Below are positions 1 through 7,631 of a stretch of 20,000 bases of DNA, one piece after another. Source of the stretch: an uncultured virus (IMG/VR IMGVR_UViG_3300042343_001542). Its lineage: Duplodnaviria; Heunggongvirae; Uroviricota; Caudoviricetes. The stretch is taken from the IMG/VR virus record IMGVR_UViG_3300042343_001542. One strand, 5' to 3'. The position numbers were made by a program, and so were the translations under genes. Under the pieces are notes generated by a model, which was given only the letters and a program-made list of their open reading frames with translations, made no database searches and was not told where the DNA came from. Every line of letters starts with the position of its first letter. Position 1 is the stretch's first letter.

Positions 1-337
1 CTTCTTTTATGCCAGAAGAATATATACCCTTTGAACATTGAATACAAGGAGAATGTGTTATAAACATAACAGCACCAAACCCAGATTCAGAACTTTTTGC
101 CAATTTAGATATGGCATTCATCTCAGCATGAATTGTTTCGTCTTTTGTTTTTAAAGAACCGTCTTCTAGTACATATTCCGCAACATTATCAAACCCAGAA
201 GGAGTTCCATTATATCCAATAGAAATAATTCTGTCTTCTTTAACTATTATGGAACCAACTTTTAATTTTTCAGCATAAGACAATAAAGCGGTTCTTTTAG
301 CTACATCCATATAATATTTAATAAACTTATCTTTCAT
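1..337 (-). CDS. cd: dCMP deaminase (3' end runs off the window)
   Basis: Not in the ORF track; manual translation from ATG at 337 gives MKDKFIKYYMDVAKRTALLSYAEKLKVGSIIVKEDRIISIGYNGTPSG...IHAEMNAI...THSPCIQCSKGI, with the HAE and PCxxC zinc motifs and the GYNG motif. Confidence 0.93.
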   Translation of the reverse strand, partial: MKDKFIKYYMDVAKRTALLSYAEKLKVGSIIVKEDRIISIGYNGTPSGFDNVAEYVLEDGSLKTKDETIHAEMNAISKLAKSSESGFGAVMFITHSPCIQCSKGIYSSGIKE

Positions 338-737
338 CAAAGAAGTTATCCCACCTATTCTTAGGGTTAAGACCGTTAGCGCAATGAATAAAATATTGCA
401 AATCTTCCGCAATATCTTGGATATACTTTTTTGGTGTTGATTCTTTATTTGCAATAATTGAAAGAACTTCAGAAGCGATTTTATAGAAAGCAATATCGTC
501 TTTTGCTATTTCAAATTCTGCGCTATAATCAGAGTCTAAACATTCCATCCTATCATAAGCAATTTTTCTTCCTTCGCTCTTGATGAATTTATCGTGATTA
601 CACCTAAATGCCCAACCGCACCTAACGAAAGTTTTATCTTCTTTATCAACCAAATCGGAAACAATAGTTATATCCCTCTTTTTCCAATCGTTGCGTACAT
701 ACAAATACTTACATTTTGACATTTTAACCTCACTCAT
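327..737 (-). CDS. hypothetical protein (136 aa)
   Basis: Intact ORF tightly packed with and overlapping both neighbours; no recognised motif. Confidence 0.7.
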   Translation of the reverse strand: MSEVKMSKCKYLYVRNDWKKRDITIVSDLVDKEDKTFVRCGWAFRCNHDKFIKSEGRKIAYDRMECLDSDYSAEFEIAKDDIAFYKIASEVLSIIANKESTPKKYIQDIAEDLQYFIHCANGLNPKNRWDNFFDER

Positions 738-927
738 TTGAAATTTTAGACATCATTTCTTTCAGCATATAATGCAAAGTTTTATCCGAAGGTAATTTTT
801 TCACCCCAATAAAAACCTTTCCATCAATAACCTTTTCTGGAAAATCTTTAGAAGTATAATACAAGTCGGAATTTATCTTACTTTTCACCTTTACCAAAGG
901 CGCTGGATTTCTTTTCATTTTCGACAT
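730..927 (-). CDS. small hypothetical protein
   Basis: ATG at 927 (MSKMKRN...) preceded by GGAGG at 937-933, preferred over the TTG at 939; lies just downstream of a promoter. Confidence 0.7.
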   Translation of the reverse strand: MSKMKRNPAPLVKVKSKINSDLYYTSKDFPEKVIDGKVFIGVKKLPSDKTLHYMLKEMMSKISNE

Positions 928-946
928 AAAACCCTCCAAAAAATAT

Positions 947-975
947 ATTATAATAAAAATATCAGAAAAAGTAAA
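947..975 (-). promoter_or_regulatory. sigma70-like (early/middle) promoter
   Basis: Minus strand TTTACT (975-970), 17-nt spacer, TATAAT (952-947). Confidence 0.7.
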
Positions 976-996
976 GGGGGTTAAAAACCCCCTTTA
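964..996 (-). terminator. intrinsic terminator after hsp20
   Basis: Inverted repeat TAAAGGGGGTT-AAA-AACCCCCTTTA (972-996) followed on the minus strand by CTTTTTCT. Confidence 0.8.
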
Positions 997-999
997 ATA

Positions 1000-1458
1000 T
1001 CATTTAGATTTTTCTATCAAAAGGGTTTTGTCACATCCAATTGGAATTTTTTTTGGTTTCTTTTCTTCTGGAATTACATTTTCAATTTGAATCTTCAAAA
1101 TTCCATTAACAATATCTGCCGAACGAACAACAGACAAATCGCTTAATGTATAAACGTGCTTGAAGTCTCTATTTGCTAGACCATGATGTAAATATACTGG
1201 TTCTACTTCTGGTTTTTTAGCGACACCAAAAACAATAAGTTTATTTTGAGAAGTTTCCACCCCAATATCATCAGCAGAAAAACCAGCTACAGCAATTTGT
1301 ATTTCGTAGTTGTATTCGTCTAGTTTTAGGATAGAATAAGGGGGATAAGAGGGCGCTTTTGTGTTACCAAAAAGCTTGTCCATTTCTTCCATTGTTGAAA
1401 ATAACCGATCAAATCCAACGGTCATCGGAAGAATATTTTTACCATATGCGTAAGTCAT
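1000..1458 (-). CDS. hsp20: small heat-shock protein (Hsp20/IbpA-like)
   Basis: GFDRLF N-terminus, SYPPYSI, IAVAGFS, YLHHGLANRDF, NGILKI and C-terminal PKKIPI (IxI) motifs; AGGAG RBS. Confidence 0.95.
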   Translation of the reverse strand: MTYAYGKNILPMTVGFDRLFSTMEEMDKLFGNTKAPSYPPYSILKLDEYNYEIQIAVAGFSADDIGVETSQNKLIVFGVAKKPEVEPVYLHHGLANRDFKHVYTLSDLSVVRSADIVNGILKIQIENVIPEEKKPKKIPIGCDKTLLIEKSK

Positions 1459-1560
1459 AGTTTTCTCCTTTTAAAAAAGCAAGAGTTAATAAAATTTGCT
1501 TCCCCGAAGGCAAAGCAATTGCTGGTTCCGCCGCCAGCATCCCTTTTTCGTATGGATCGG
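1459..1560 (-). promoter_or_regulatory. ROSE-like RNA thermometer in the hsp20 5' UTR
   Basis: UCUUGCUUU-UUUA-AAAGGAGA hairpin pairs the UUGCU motif (bulged G) with the AGGA Shine-Dalgarno; preceded by hairpins TGCTGG-N8-CCAGCA and TTGCTTtgCC-TTCG-GGgAAGCAA. Confidence 0.7.
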
Positions 1561-1612
1561 TTACATTATACGCTTTCTTTTATTTTAATTCGCTTTAAGC
1601 CCCGAACATTTT

Positions 1613-1620
1613 TATTTATA
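1613..1620 (-). promoter_or_regulatory. T4-type late promoter TATAAATA
   Basis: Exact gp55 consensus just after the regA stop and upstream of the hsp20 leader. Confidence 0.65.
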
Positions 1621-1624
1621 TAAC

Positions 1625-2035
1625 CTAATTAACTTTTCTAGAACCTATAGAATATTTATGTTCTAACTTCCAATCAAATTTCTCTTTATGCGACAAAACT
1701 TTTATTTGGCTCATATCTAAAACTTTATCGCCTATAATGCTGTTACCAATAACTTTTACTAAATCCCAATCTTGGAGTAATAAAGTTATAGTATTCCTTC
1801 TAGCTATATCCGTTTCAGAAATGTCTGAAGTTCTTCCATCCAACATAAAAAGTTCTTTAAAATGGAGAATATGATAAAACCCCTGTTTATGTAAAATGTG
1901 ACAACTTTGCCACAAAGTTTTTTCTTTTCTTGATGCAATACCTATTCTAGTTAGAGTTTCTCGAACTTTTAGAAAAGATTCTTCATCAGATAACTTTACA
2001 GGAACTCCATACCCTTTAAATAATTCCATAGACAT
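1625..2035 (-). CDS. regA: translational repressor RegA
   Basis: FLKVRETLTRIGIAS, LWQSCHILHKQG, HFKELF and RRNTI motifs; ATG at 2035 follows a GGAG RBS; sits after gp62. Confidence 0.96.
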   Translation of the reverse strand: MSMELFKGYGVPVKLSDEESFLKVRETLTRIGIASRKEKTLWQSCHILHKQGFYHILHFKELFMLDGRTSDISETDIARRNTITLLLQDWDLVKVIGNSIIGDKVLDMSQIKVLSHKEKFDWKLEHKYSIGSRKVN

Positions 2036-2067
2036 AAAATAATTCTCCAAAATTGATATATGTAGAA

Positions 2068-2472
2068 TTATTTATTATTTTTGAACCTTCCGCCTTTATC
2101 CAACTTTTCTGTAATATACTCCAAATCAGATTTAGATAATAGCGGAAAAACTTGTTCTGCTTGTTTGGTAGAATAAGAATAATACTCTTTAATTAATTGT
2201 ATATCTTTGGACTCGTTATACTTCATCCATTTCTGATATTTCCTCTTATATTTTCTTATAGAATGAAATAGATAATCGTATTGCAACTTTTTATCTAAAA
2301 AATGTCTCCTATTCATTTCGTTAGCATAAAGAATTGTGTCTATATGCGCCGAAAGGGATTTATTCACCATAAATCCCGAATAAACCTTTTCGTCTTCTTC
2401 ATTTGTCAATTGGTATTCTTTACTTTCAAGAATTGAAGGAATTATTTCTTTGAATAGATCTTTATTTTGCAT
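2068..2472 (-). CDS. gp62: clamp loader small subunit
   Basis: YSGFMVNKSLS, YANEMN, LQYDYL, IKEYYSYS and DKGG motifs; between gp44 and regA. Confidence 0.93.
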   Translation of the reverse strand: MQNKDLFKEIIPSILESKEYQLTNEEDEKVYSGFMVNKSLSAHIDTILYANEMNRRHFLDKKLQYDYLFHSIRKYKRKYQKWMKYNESKDIQLIKEYYSYSTKQAEQVFPLLSKSDLEYITEKLDKGGRFKNNK

Positions 2473-2489
2473 TTTATTTTCTCATTATA

Positions 2490-2627
2490 TATAAATAAAT
2501 AAATAAATGTAGGTCGCGATATAACCAGTATCCACCTACTCTAAATCTTAAACTTTAACATAGGAGACTCAGCATGAGTATTTATATTCCATCTTCTAAG
2601 TTCATAAGAAATAAAAATCTCAGATGA
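2490..2627 (+). other. orphan late promoter + hairpin + RBS + 17-aa mini-ORF (possible remnant of a lost mobile gene)
   Basis: TATAAATA 2490-2497; stem GTAGGT/ACCTAC 2509-2539; AGGAG 2562-2566; ATG 2574 to TGA 2627 (MSIYIPSSKFIRNKNLR). Confidence 0.45.
2579..2586 (-). promoter_or_regulatory. T4-type late promoter TATAAATA facing gp62
   Basis: Exact consensus on the minus strand about 105 nt upstream of the gp62 start. Confidence 0.45.
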
Positions 2628-3561
2628 ACTCGCATTCCATCATAACTTCTACCATAAACGCAAGAAGGTTAATTTCTTGATCGCTACAAAAACCGGATTG
2701 ATATTGATATTTCGCAATAACCAAAACCATTTGGGGGATGGATTGAGGCTTTAGAAAATCATACATACCATCATATATTTTTCTATAGATTGAAACTGGA
2801 TCGTTATGTACGTTATTGACTACCCATTCTCTAACTTTACCGAAATCCTTTTCTTTAAGACTTTTAATTAGGTCTTTTAGTTGAATTTCTCCGACTTGAG
2901 ATAATATCCCCGCGTCGATTTGTCCATTTACGGAATATCTTTGTAGTTCGTTTAATACCCTTCTGTTATCAGGATACCATTTTGTGATAAAAGAAGCAAC
3001 AGATTCTTTATCGTATGCAACATTTTCGTTATCTAAAATTTCACAAACACGTTTAAAGAATTGTGTAATTAACTTTTTCTTTTCTGTTTTATTGATTACA
3101 AAATTAACAACAGCACATCTTGAGTGGATGGGTTGGATAATCTTATTTGCGTAATTACAAGTTAAAATAAAAGTACAATTCTTAGAAAAAGTCTCTAAAA
3201 AATTTCTAAATGCAGATTGAAAGTTATTTGTTGCAGCATCAAACTCGTCTAAGATTACTACCTTACGCCCACCAGAAAGAGAAACTGAAGAAGCGTAATT
3301 GGATATCTTATTTCTAAGAGTGTCAATACCATTTTCATCAGAAGCGTTAATGAACAAATAATCACAACCAACTTCATTGCACAACGCTTTTGCTACTGTA
3401 GTTTTACCCGTCCCAGCACCCCCAACCAACAATAGGTTGGGGATTTCTTTACGATCCACATAAGTTTGGAAAGTTTTCTTAATACCATCAGGAAGAATAC
3501 AATCGTCAATGTTAGTTGGGCGATACTTTTCTACAAACAAAAACTGTTCGTTACTCATCAT
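2620..3561 (-). CDS. gp44: clamp loader large subunit (AAA+)
   Basis: EKYRP, Walker A GGAGTGKT, INASDENG, Walker B ILDEFD and SRC motif. Confidence 0.97.
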   Translation of the reverse strand: MMSNEQFLFVEKYRPTNIDDCILPDGIKKTFQTYVDRKEIPNLLLVGGAGTGKTTVAKALCNEVGCDYLFINASDENGIDTLRNKISNYASSVSLSGGRKVVILDEFDAATNNFQSAFRNFLETFSKNCTFILTCNYANKIIQPIHSRCAVVNFVINKTEKKKLITQFFKRVCEILDNENVAYDKESVASFITKWYPDNRRVLNELQRYSVNGQIDAGILSQVGEIQLKDLIKSLKEKDFGKVREWVVNNVHNDPVSIYRKIYDGMYDFLKPQSIPQMVLVIAKYQYQSGFCSDQEINLLAFMVEVMMECEFI

Positions 3562-3584
3562 ATAAATTTCACTCTCAAAAAAGA

Positions 3585-3875
3585 TTAAACCAAATCTTCT
3601 ACTTTCTTCACAATACCTTCGTATAACGCTTCAAATTCTTCTTGTTCTGCGATAACTTCGCTGTAATTTCTCTTATGATACGTTGTTGCCATTTTGCGGA
3701 TCAACTTCTTTGGAATCTTCAATTCTTCATAAAGATGATTAATCAATTCCTTCATAGTATCTCTTTGTGCTTCTTGCATCGTCATCACGTCGCTCATTTC
3801 GCGCAAACCTTTCTTTAAAGTATCTAATTCGGATTCAGTAAATGTCCCAAAAGCAGAAACAATAGTTGTACTCAT
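3585..3875 (-). CDS. dsbA: DsbA-like double-stranded DNA-binding protein
   Basis: 96 aa with pattern EELKIPKKLIRKMATTYHK...EFEALYE, resembling T4 DsbA as recalled. Confidence 0.7.
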   Translation of the reverse strand: MSTTIVSAFGTFTESELDTLKKGLREMSDVMTMQEAQRDTMKELINHLYEELKIPKKLIRKMATTYHKRNYSEVIAEQEEFEALYEGIVKKVEDLV

Positions 3876-3892
3876 AATATAATACCCTCGAA

Positions 3893-4573
3893 TTAATTGT
3901 AAGAAGAAGAAGTTTCCAAAGTTACAAAATATACCAAACCCTTATTAGGATCGTTAAATTTCGCAATACCCTTTGATGAAATTTCTACGTTGTAGTTTCC
4001 AGGCATCATTTTAAGGTTTTCAGTCTTAAAAATCAGCTTAAAACTTTTGCCGCCAGAATCAACGCCATTAAGTTCTAAGTTTTGTGTTGATGCAGAATCG
4101 TCGTTTGCATCAAAAGTAAGCAAACTCACTACAGTTCCATCGCTAACCACAGCGACATGAGGGGAACCAAGGACGTTAGCAGAACGAAGAATCCAATTAA
4201 AATCCTCTTCCGAAAACGAAAACTCAACGTCCACCGAAGGCAAGTTGGGTCTTTTGTCTGGAGCTACAACAATCATAGAAGGATCAGTAAAGCGATACTT
4301 GACCTTAGAACGACCACCAACACCCTTTACAACAACATGTTTATCATCAAATTCTAATTCCGCTCCATCTTTGAAAAGAGAAATAACCGAAAGAAAGTTA
4401 TTCAAATCGTAAATTCCAAAATCTTGAGGAATGGTTTCTGATATTTGAGCATCAGCTAGAATATTTTTCTGCGGGGATACCGTAGAAAGTATACTTCCTT
4501 GTTTAAAGAAAATACCAGTATTGATAGACGAAAAGTTCTTCAATACAGTTAAAGTTTCATTAGATAATTTCAT
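3893..4573 (-). CDS. gp45: sliding clamp
   Basis: MKLSNETLTVLKNFSSIN start, FGIYDLNNFL and ENLKMMPGNY motifs. Confidence 0.97.
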   Translation of the reverse strand: MKLSNETLTVLKNFSSINTGIFFKQGSILSTVSPQKNILADAQISETIPQDFGIYDLNNFLSVISLFKDGAELEFDDKHVVVKGVGGRSKVKYRFTDPSMIVVAPDKRPNLPSVDVEFSFSEEDFNWILRSANVLGSPHVAVVSDGTVVSLLTFDANDDSASTQNLELNGVDSGGKSFKLIFKTENLKMMPGNYNVEISSKGIAKFNDPNKGLVYFVTLETSSSYN

Positions 4574-4600
4574 TTTTTACCTCTATACATAATTTAAATT

Positions 4601-4870
4601 TCAACGACCAACGCTTTTGTAAGCACTTGTAGATACTACTGACGAAATTTCTGTTTCTTCCTCCCACATTTCTATTCTTCTGTTTAAAGAAACAATTGCT
4701 TCTTTAACATCTTTTTGGAGATCTTTATGACCTCGATTTCCAGCAACCAACAATTTCTTTACAGCATGCTGAATTGCTGGATCGACGACTTCAAAAAGTT
4801 CCAAAACCCTATAAACGTCAATATATTCGTATGGAACTTTTTTATAATAATGATTGTATTCTTTATCCAT
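4601..4870 (-). CDS. DUF3310-like protein
   Basis: HY...IDVY...HAVKKLLVAGNRGHKD...DVKEA pattern resembles DUF3310/SaV-like phage proteins. Confidence 0.55.
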   Translation of the reverse strand: MDKEYNHYYKKVPYEYIDVYRVLELFEVVDPAIQHAVKKLLVAGNRGHKDLQKDVKEAIVSLNRRIEMWEEETEISSVVSTSAYKSVGR

Positions 4871-4897
4871 TATACCACTAATATCAAATAAAGTAAA
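4869..4897 (-). promoter_or_regulatory. sigma70-like promoter with extended -10
   Basis: TTTACT (4897-4892), 17 nt ending in TGG, TATAAT (4874-4869). Confidence 0.7.
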
Positions 4898-5695
4898 TTA
4901 CAATTCGCCCAAATTTTGAGCAATGGCTGGGAGATTGCCAGTGAAGATGTAACTTCCAACATGAGACAAACTCATCCAAGGACATAACCAAACTTCAATA
5001 CCAATTTTCCGACATTGCTGACAGAAATAATAATCTTCGGACAAATATCTCTTAGTATCTTCGTCGATATGACAATCGAAAAATGCAGTAATTTCTCTAG
5101 AACCATCAAAATTTGCTTGACCCACATGATCCGGACGATACTTTTGCTGCGGATAAGCGTCTTCAAATTTCTTTAAAGCTTCTCTAGAAATCATCATAAA
5201 GCCTGTTCCAGTTTCTAAAACCGATAAAGGTTCTGTAATAGAAAATTTATTAGTACCTTTTGCTGGATTAAATACCATTGAACCCGTCAACTTAGAATAT
5301 TCTTCTACAGGAAGGTTTGGATTCTTTTTAATCGCTTTGTGTAGTTGACCCCATTCAATACTCTTTTTTGGATACGGACCACCAATAATTTCCTTATCTA
5401 AAGCAAGCATTGCTACAATATCTTGAGGGTTAAACGCAACATCAGCATCGATGAACATGAGGTGCGTACAATCAGAACGATTATAAAATTCGTCTGTTAG
5501 ATAATTTCTTGCCCTTTGAATAAGGGATTCATTAAATAGAAAACTGAATTTGACTTCTACCCCATAATTACCCATTAACGCTTGCAAATCGAGCATAGAT
5601 TTTGCTGTCATACCACAACACATACCGCCATACATTGGCATAGCAACGAACAATTTCTTTTTTGATAATTCTTCTCTAGAAATTTTAATTTCCAT
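4898..5695 (-). CDS. GT-A fold glycosyltransferase-like protein
   Basis: FVAMPMYGG, NESLIQRARN, DxD motif in LMFIDADV, GTGFMMI and LSEDYYFC. Confidence 0.8.
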   Translation of the reverse strand: MEIKISREELSKKKLFVAMPMYGGMCCGMTAKSMLDLQALMGNYGVEVKFSFLFNESLIQRARNYLTDEFYNRSDCTHLMFIDADVAFNPQDIVAMLALDKEIIGGPYPKKSIEWGQLHKAIKKNPNLPVEEYSKLTGSMVFNPAKGTNKFSITEPLSVLETGTGFMMISREALKKFEDAYPQQKYRPDHVGQANFDGSREITAFFDCHIDEDTKRYLSEDYYFCQQCRKIGIEVWLCPWMSLSHVGSYIFTGNLPAIAQNLGEL

Positions 5696-5712
5696 AATTT
5701 ACCTCATTATTA

Positions 5713-7041
5713 TTAAATTTTTTCACCAACCAAAAACCCACGCAACCTTACAAACCTAGGAAACCTTAAAGAATAAGTTCCTTCTTGATTTTGAGTTATT
5801 GCATCACATTTAATTTCTGCAATTTTGCCGATGATTTGAGTTTTATTGCTCCAATATTGGATTCTTTCTTCGTCTGTCAACCCAGACCCAACATTCACAA
5901 ATATCTCTTTATTTCCGTCAAACCCTCTACAGATTAATGCTCCCAACATTCCTTCATATTTATCTTTCCCTTCTTCCAACCCTATAACTTCTAAGTCTAC
6001 TGTCATTACAGGTTTAAGTTTTAACCAAGCGGTAGACCTCTTACATTCATACGGAGCTTGGGGGTCTTTGATCATTATACCCTCATAACCTTCTTCAATC
6101 GCCTTCCTATTGATTTCTTCAAAATGGGTCTTTCCAATTTCTGTATCTAAGTCTACAATTTCATATTGTAATACCTTTACGTTAGAAAGTAAAGTTCTGT
6201 TAGTATCATACCATTTATGTAAATTTTCCGTTCTGTATATTTGTTTCTCCAAACGAACGCCAAATATAAAATCAGATAACGGGATCATATCGAAAATATA
6301 AAGATTGGCGTCAGAAGTATTTACGTTTTCTTTTCTATAGAATTGCGTCATCAAATCTTGAAAAGAAGAAGACATAATTTCTCCATCAAAAACCATAGGT
6401 TCACTAACAGTTTTTGCAACCAAAGAAAATTGATCTTTTATCAAATTAAAATTTAATATTTCTTTTCCGTTCCTTGAAAATTGTTGTACCCTTCCGTCAG
6501 GATAGACTAGAGTTAATACTCTAGAACCGTCCAATTTACATTCTATGATTTTTTTACCGAAAAGTTTTGAATCGTGCTGTTTTGAATCAAACGCTAGTTG
6601 ACAAGAAAATACAGGAACTTTATACTTTTCGACCTTAACCTTTTTCGCACAATTATTGATAGTGGTTTCCGAAACGCCACATTTCAAATCTTTCAACAAG
6701 ATCCTACGATACCAATTATTCCAAGTATGATGAGAAGTTTTATTACAAATCTCTAATAAAAGATCTTTTGCAGCATTTCCAGTAATTTCTCTTTTAATTA
6801 GTTTTTCTATATAAAGTTCAAATTCTGAAAACTTTATATGATCTACATCTACCTCTGATTCATCTTTATATGGAATAGTTTTTTCATTTACTCCAAATGT
6901 GATTAACCTATCGCAAGCGTATTTAACGCCGTTAAAAAATTCAACGTTATCAGCAGCCATTTCTCTAATAATAACAGACTCTTTAAATAATCTGCTATTG
7001 TCAGATTCCAATTCAATAATAATATCTGCAGGGGTTTTCAA
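5713..7041 (-). CDS. gp30: ATP-dependent DNA ligase
   Basis: KLDG adenylation motif, FDGE, EGIMIK, WLKLK and SLRFPRF; TTG start with AGGAG upstream. Confidence 0.95.
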   Translation of the reverse strand: MKTPADIIIELESDNSRLFKESVIIREMAADNVEFFNGVKYACDRLITFGVNEKTIPYKDESEVDVDHIKFSEFELYIEKLIKREITGNAAKDLLLEICNKTSHHTWNNWYRRILLKDLKCGVSETTINNCAKKVKVEKYKVPVFSCQLAFDSKQHDSKLFGKKIIECKLDGSRVLTLVYPDGRVQQFSRNGKEILNFNLIKDQFSLVAKTVSEPMVFDGEIMSSSFQDLMTQFYRKENVNTSDANLYIFDMIPLSDFIFGVRLEKQIYRTENLHKWYDTNRTLLSNVKVLQYEIVDLDTEIGKTHFEEINRKAIEEGYEGIMIKDPQAPYECKRSTAWLKLKPVMTVDLEVIGLEEGKDKYEGMLGALICRGFDGNKEIFVNVGSGLTDEERIQYWSNKTQIIGKIAEIKCDAITQNQEGTYSLRFPRFVRLRGFLVGEKI

Positions 7042-7623
7042 TTAAAATCTCCTAGACCCAACTAACTCTTTCGCAAAACTTTTGATTTTCTTTTCTCTAC
7101 CCCTTTTCGCCATCTTTAGCGCAAGAGGTTTTGCGACCATATCAAAAGTTACACCGTTTAAATGATCCAATTCATGCAAGACTACCCTTGCAGAAATGCC
7201 GTCCAATTTCAAATTTACATAATCTCCAACCTCATTTTGGAATTTAACAACCAAACTCTTAGGTCTGGTTATACTCAAAAACAAAAAGGGAAATGACAAA
7301 CAACCCTCTTCCAAATGAACCTTTTCTTCAGAAACTTCAACCAGTTCTGGGTTATACATTGCGAAATAATTATCACCAGCCCCCATAACTAATACCCTAT
7401 GGGGTAAACCGCATTGAGGTGCTGCTAGACCGAATGCCCTATTAACCTTTAAAGTTTCAATAAGACGACCAGTCAATTCTTTCGTATCAATCCCAGAAGA
7501 AAAATCAAACTTCGGAGTTTTTTGTTTTAAAACGGGGTTGTCTTCAACAACCAACTCAAACCTCTCGTAAACGATCTTTTCTGCTGTTGGCAACGAAGTG
7601 TTTATTGTAATCATTTCGCTCAT
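7042..7623 (-). CDS. def: peptide deformylase
   Basis: All three PDF motifs present: GLAAPQ, EGCLS, HELDH. Confidence 0.96.
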   Translation of the reverse strand: MSEMITINTSLPTAEKIVYERFELVVEDNPVLKQKTPKFDFSSGIDTKELTGRLIETLKVNRAFGLAAPQCGLPHRVLVMGAGDNYFAMYNPELVEVSEEKVHLEEGCLSFPFLFLSITRPKSLVVKFQNEVGDYVNLKLDGISARVVLHELDHLNGVTFDMVAKPLALKMAKRGREKKIKSFAKELVGSRRF

Positions 7624-7631
7624 AGAGTATT

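Noticed and set aside
1496..1560. GC-rich hairpins upstream of hsp20 as a tRNA
   Set aside because: No cloverleaf, T-loop or CCA end; better explained as a structured 5' UTR.
2490..2508. Short TAAA tandem repeat as a CRISPR or satellite
   Set aside because: Only about four units, no spacers, and part of an AT-rich promoter region.
5713..7623. Peptide deformylase stop TAA is directly followed in frame by the ligase TTG start (possible read-through fusion)
   Set aside because: TAA is a strong stop, and an AGGAG RBS sits at suitable spacing before the TTG; translational coupling explains the arrangement.
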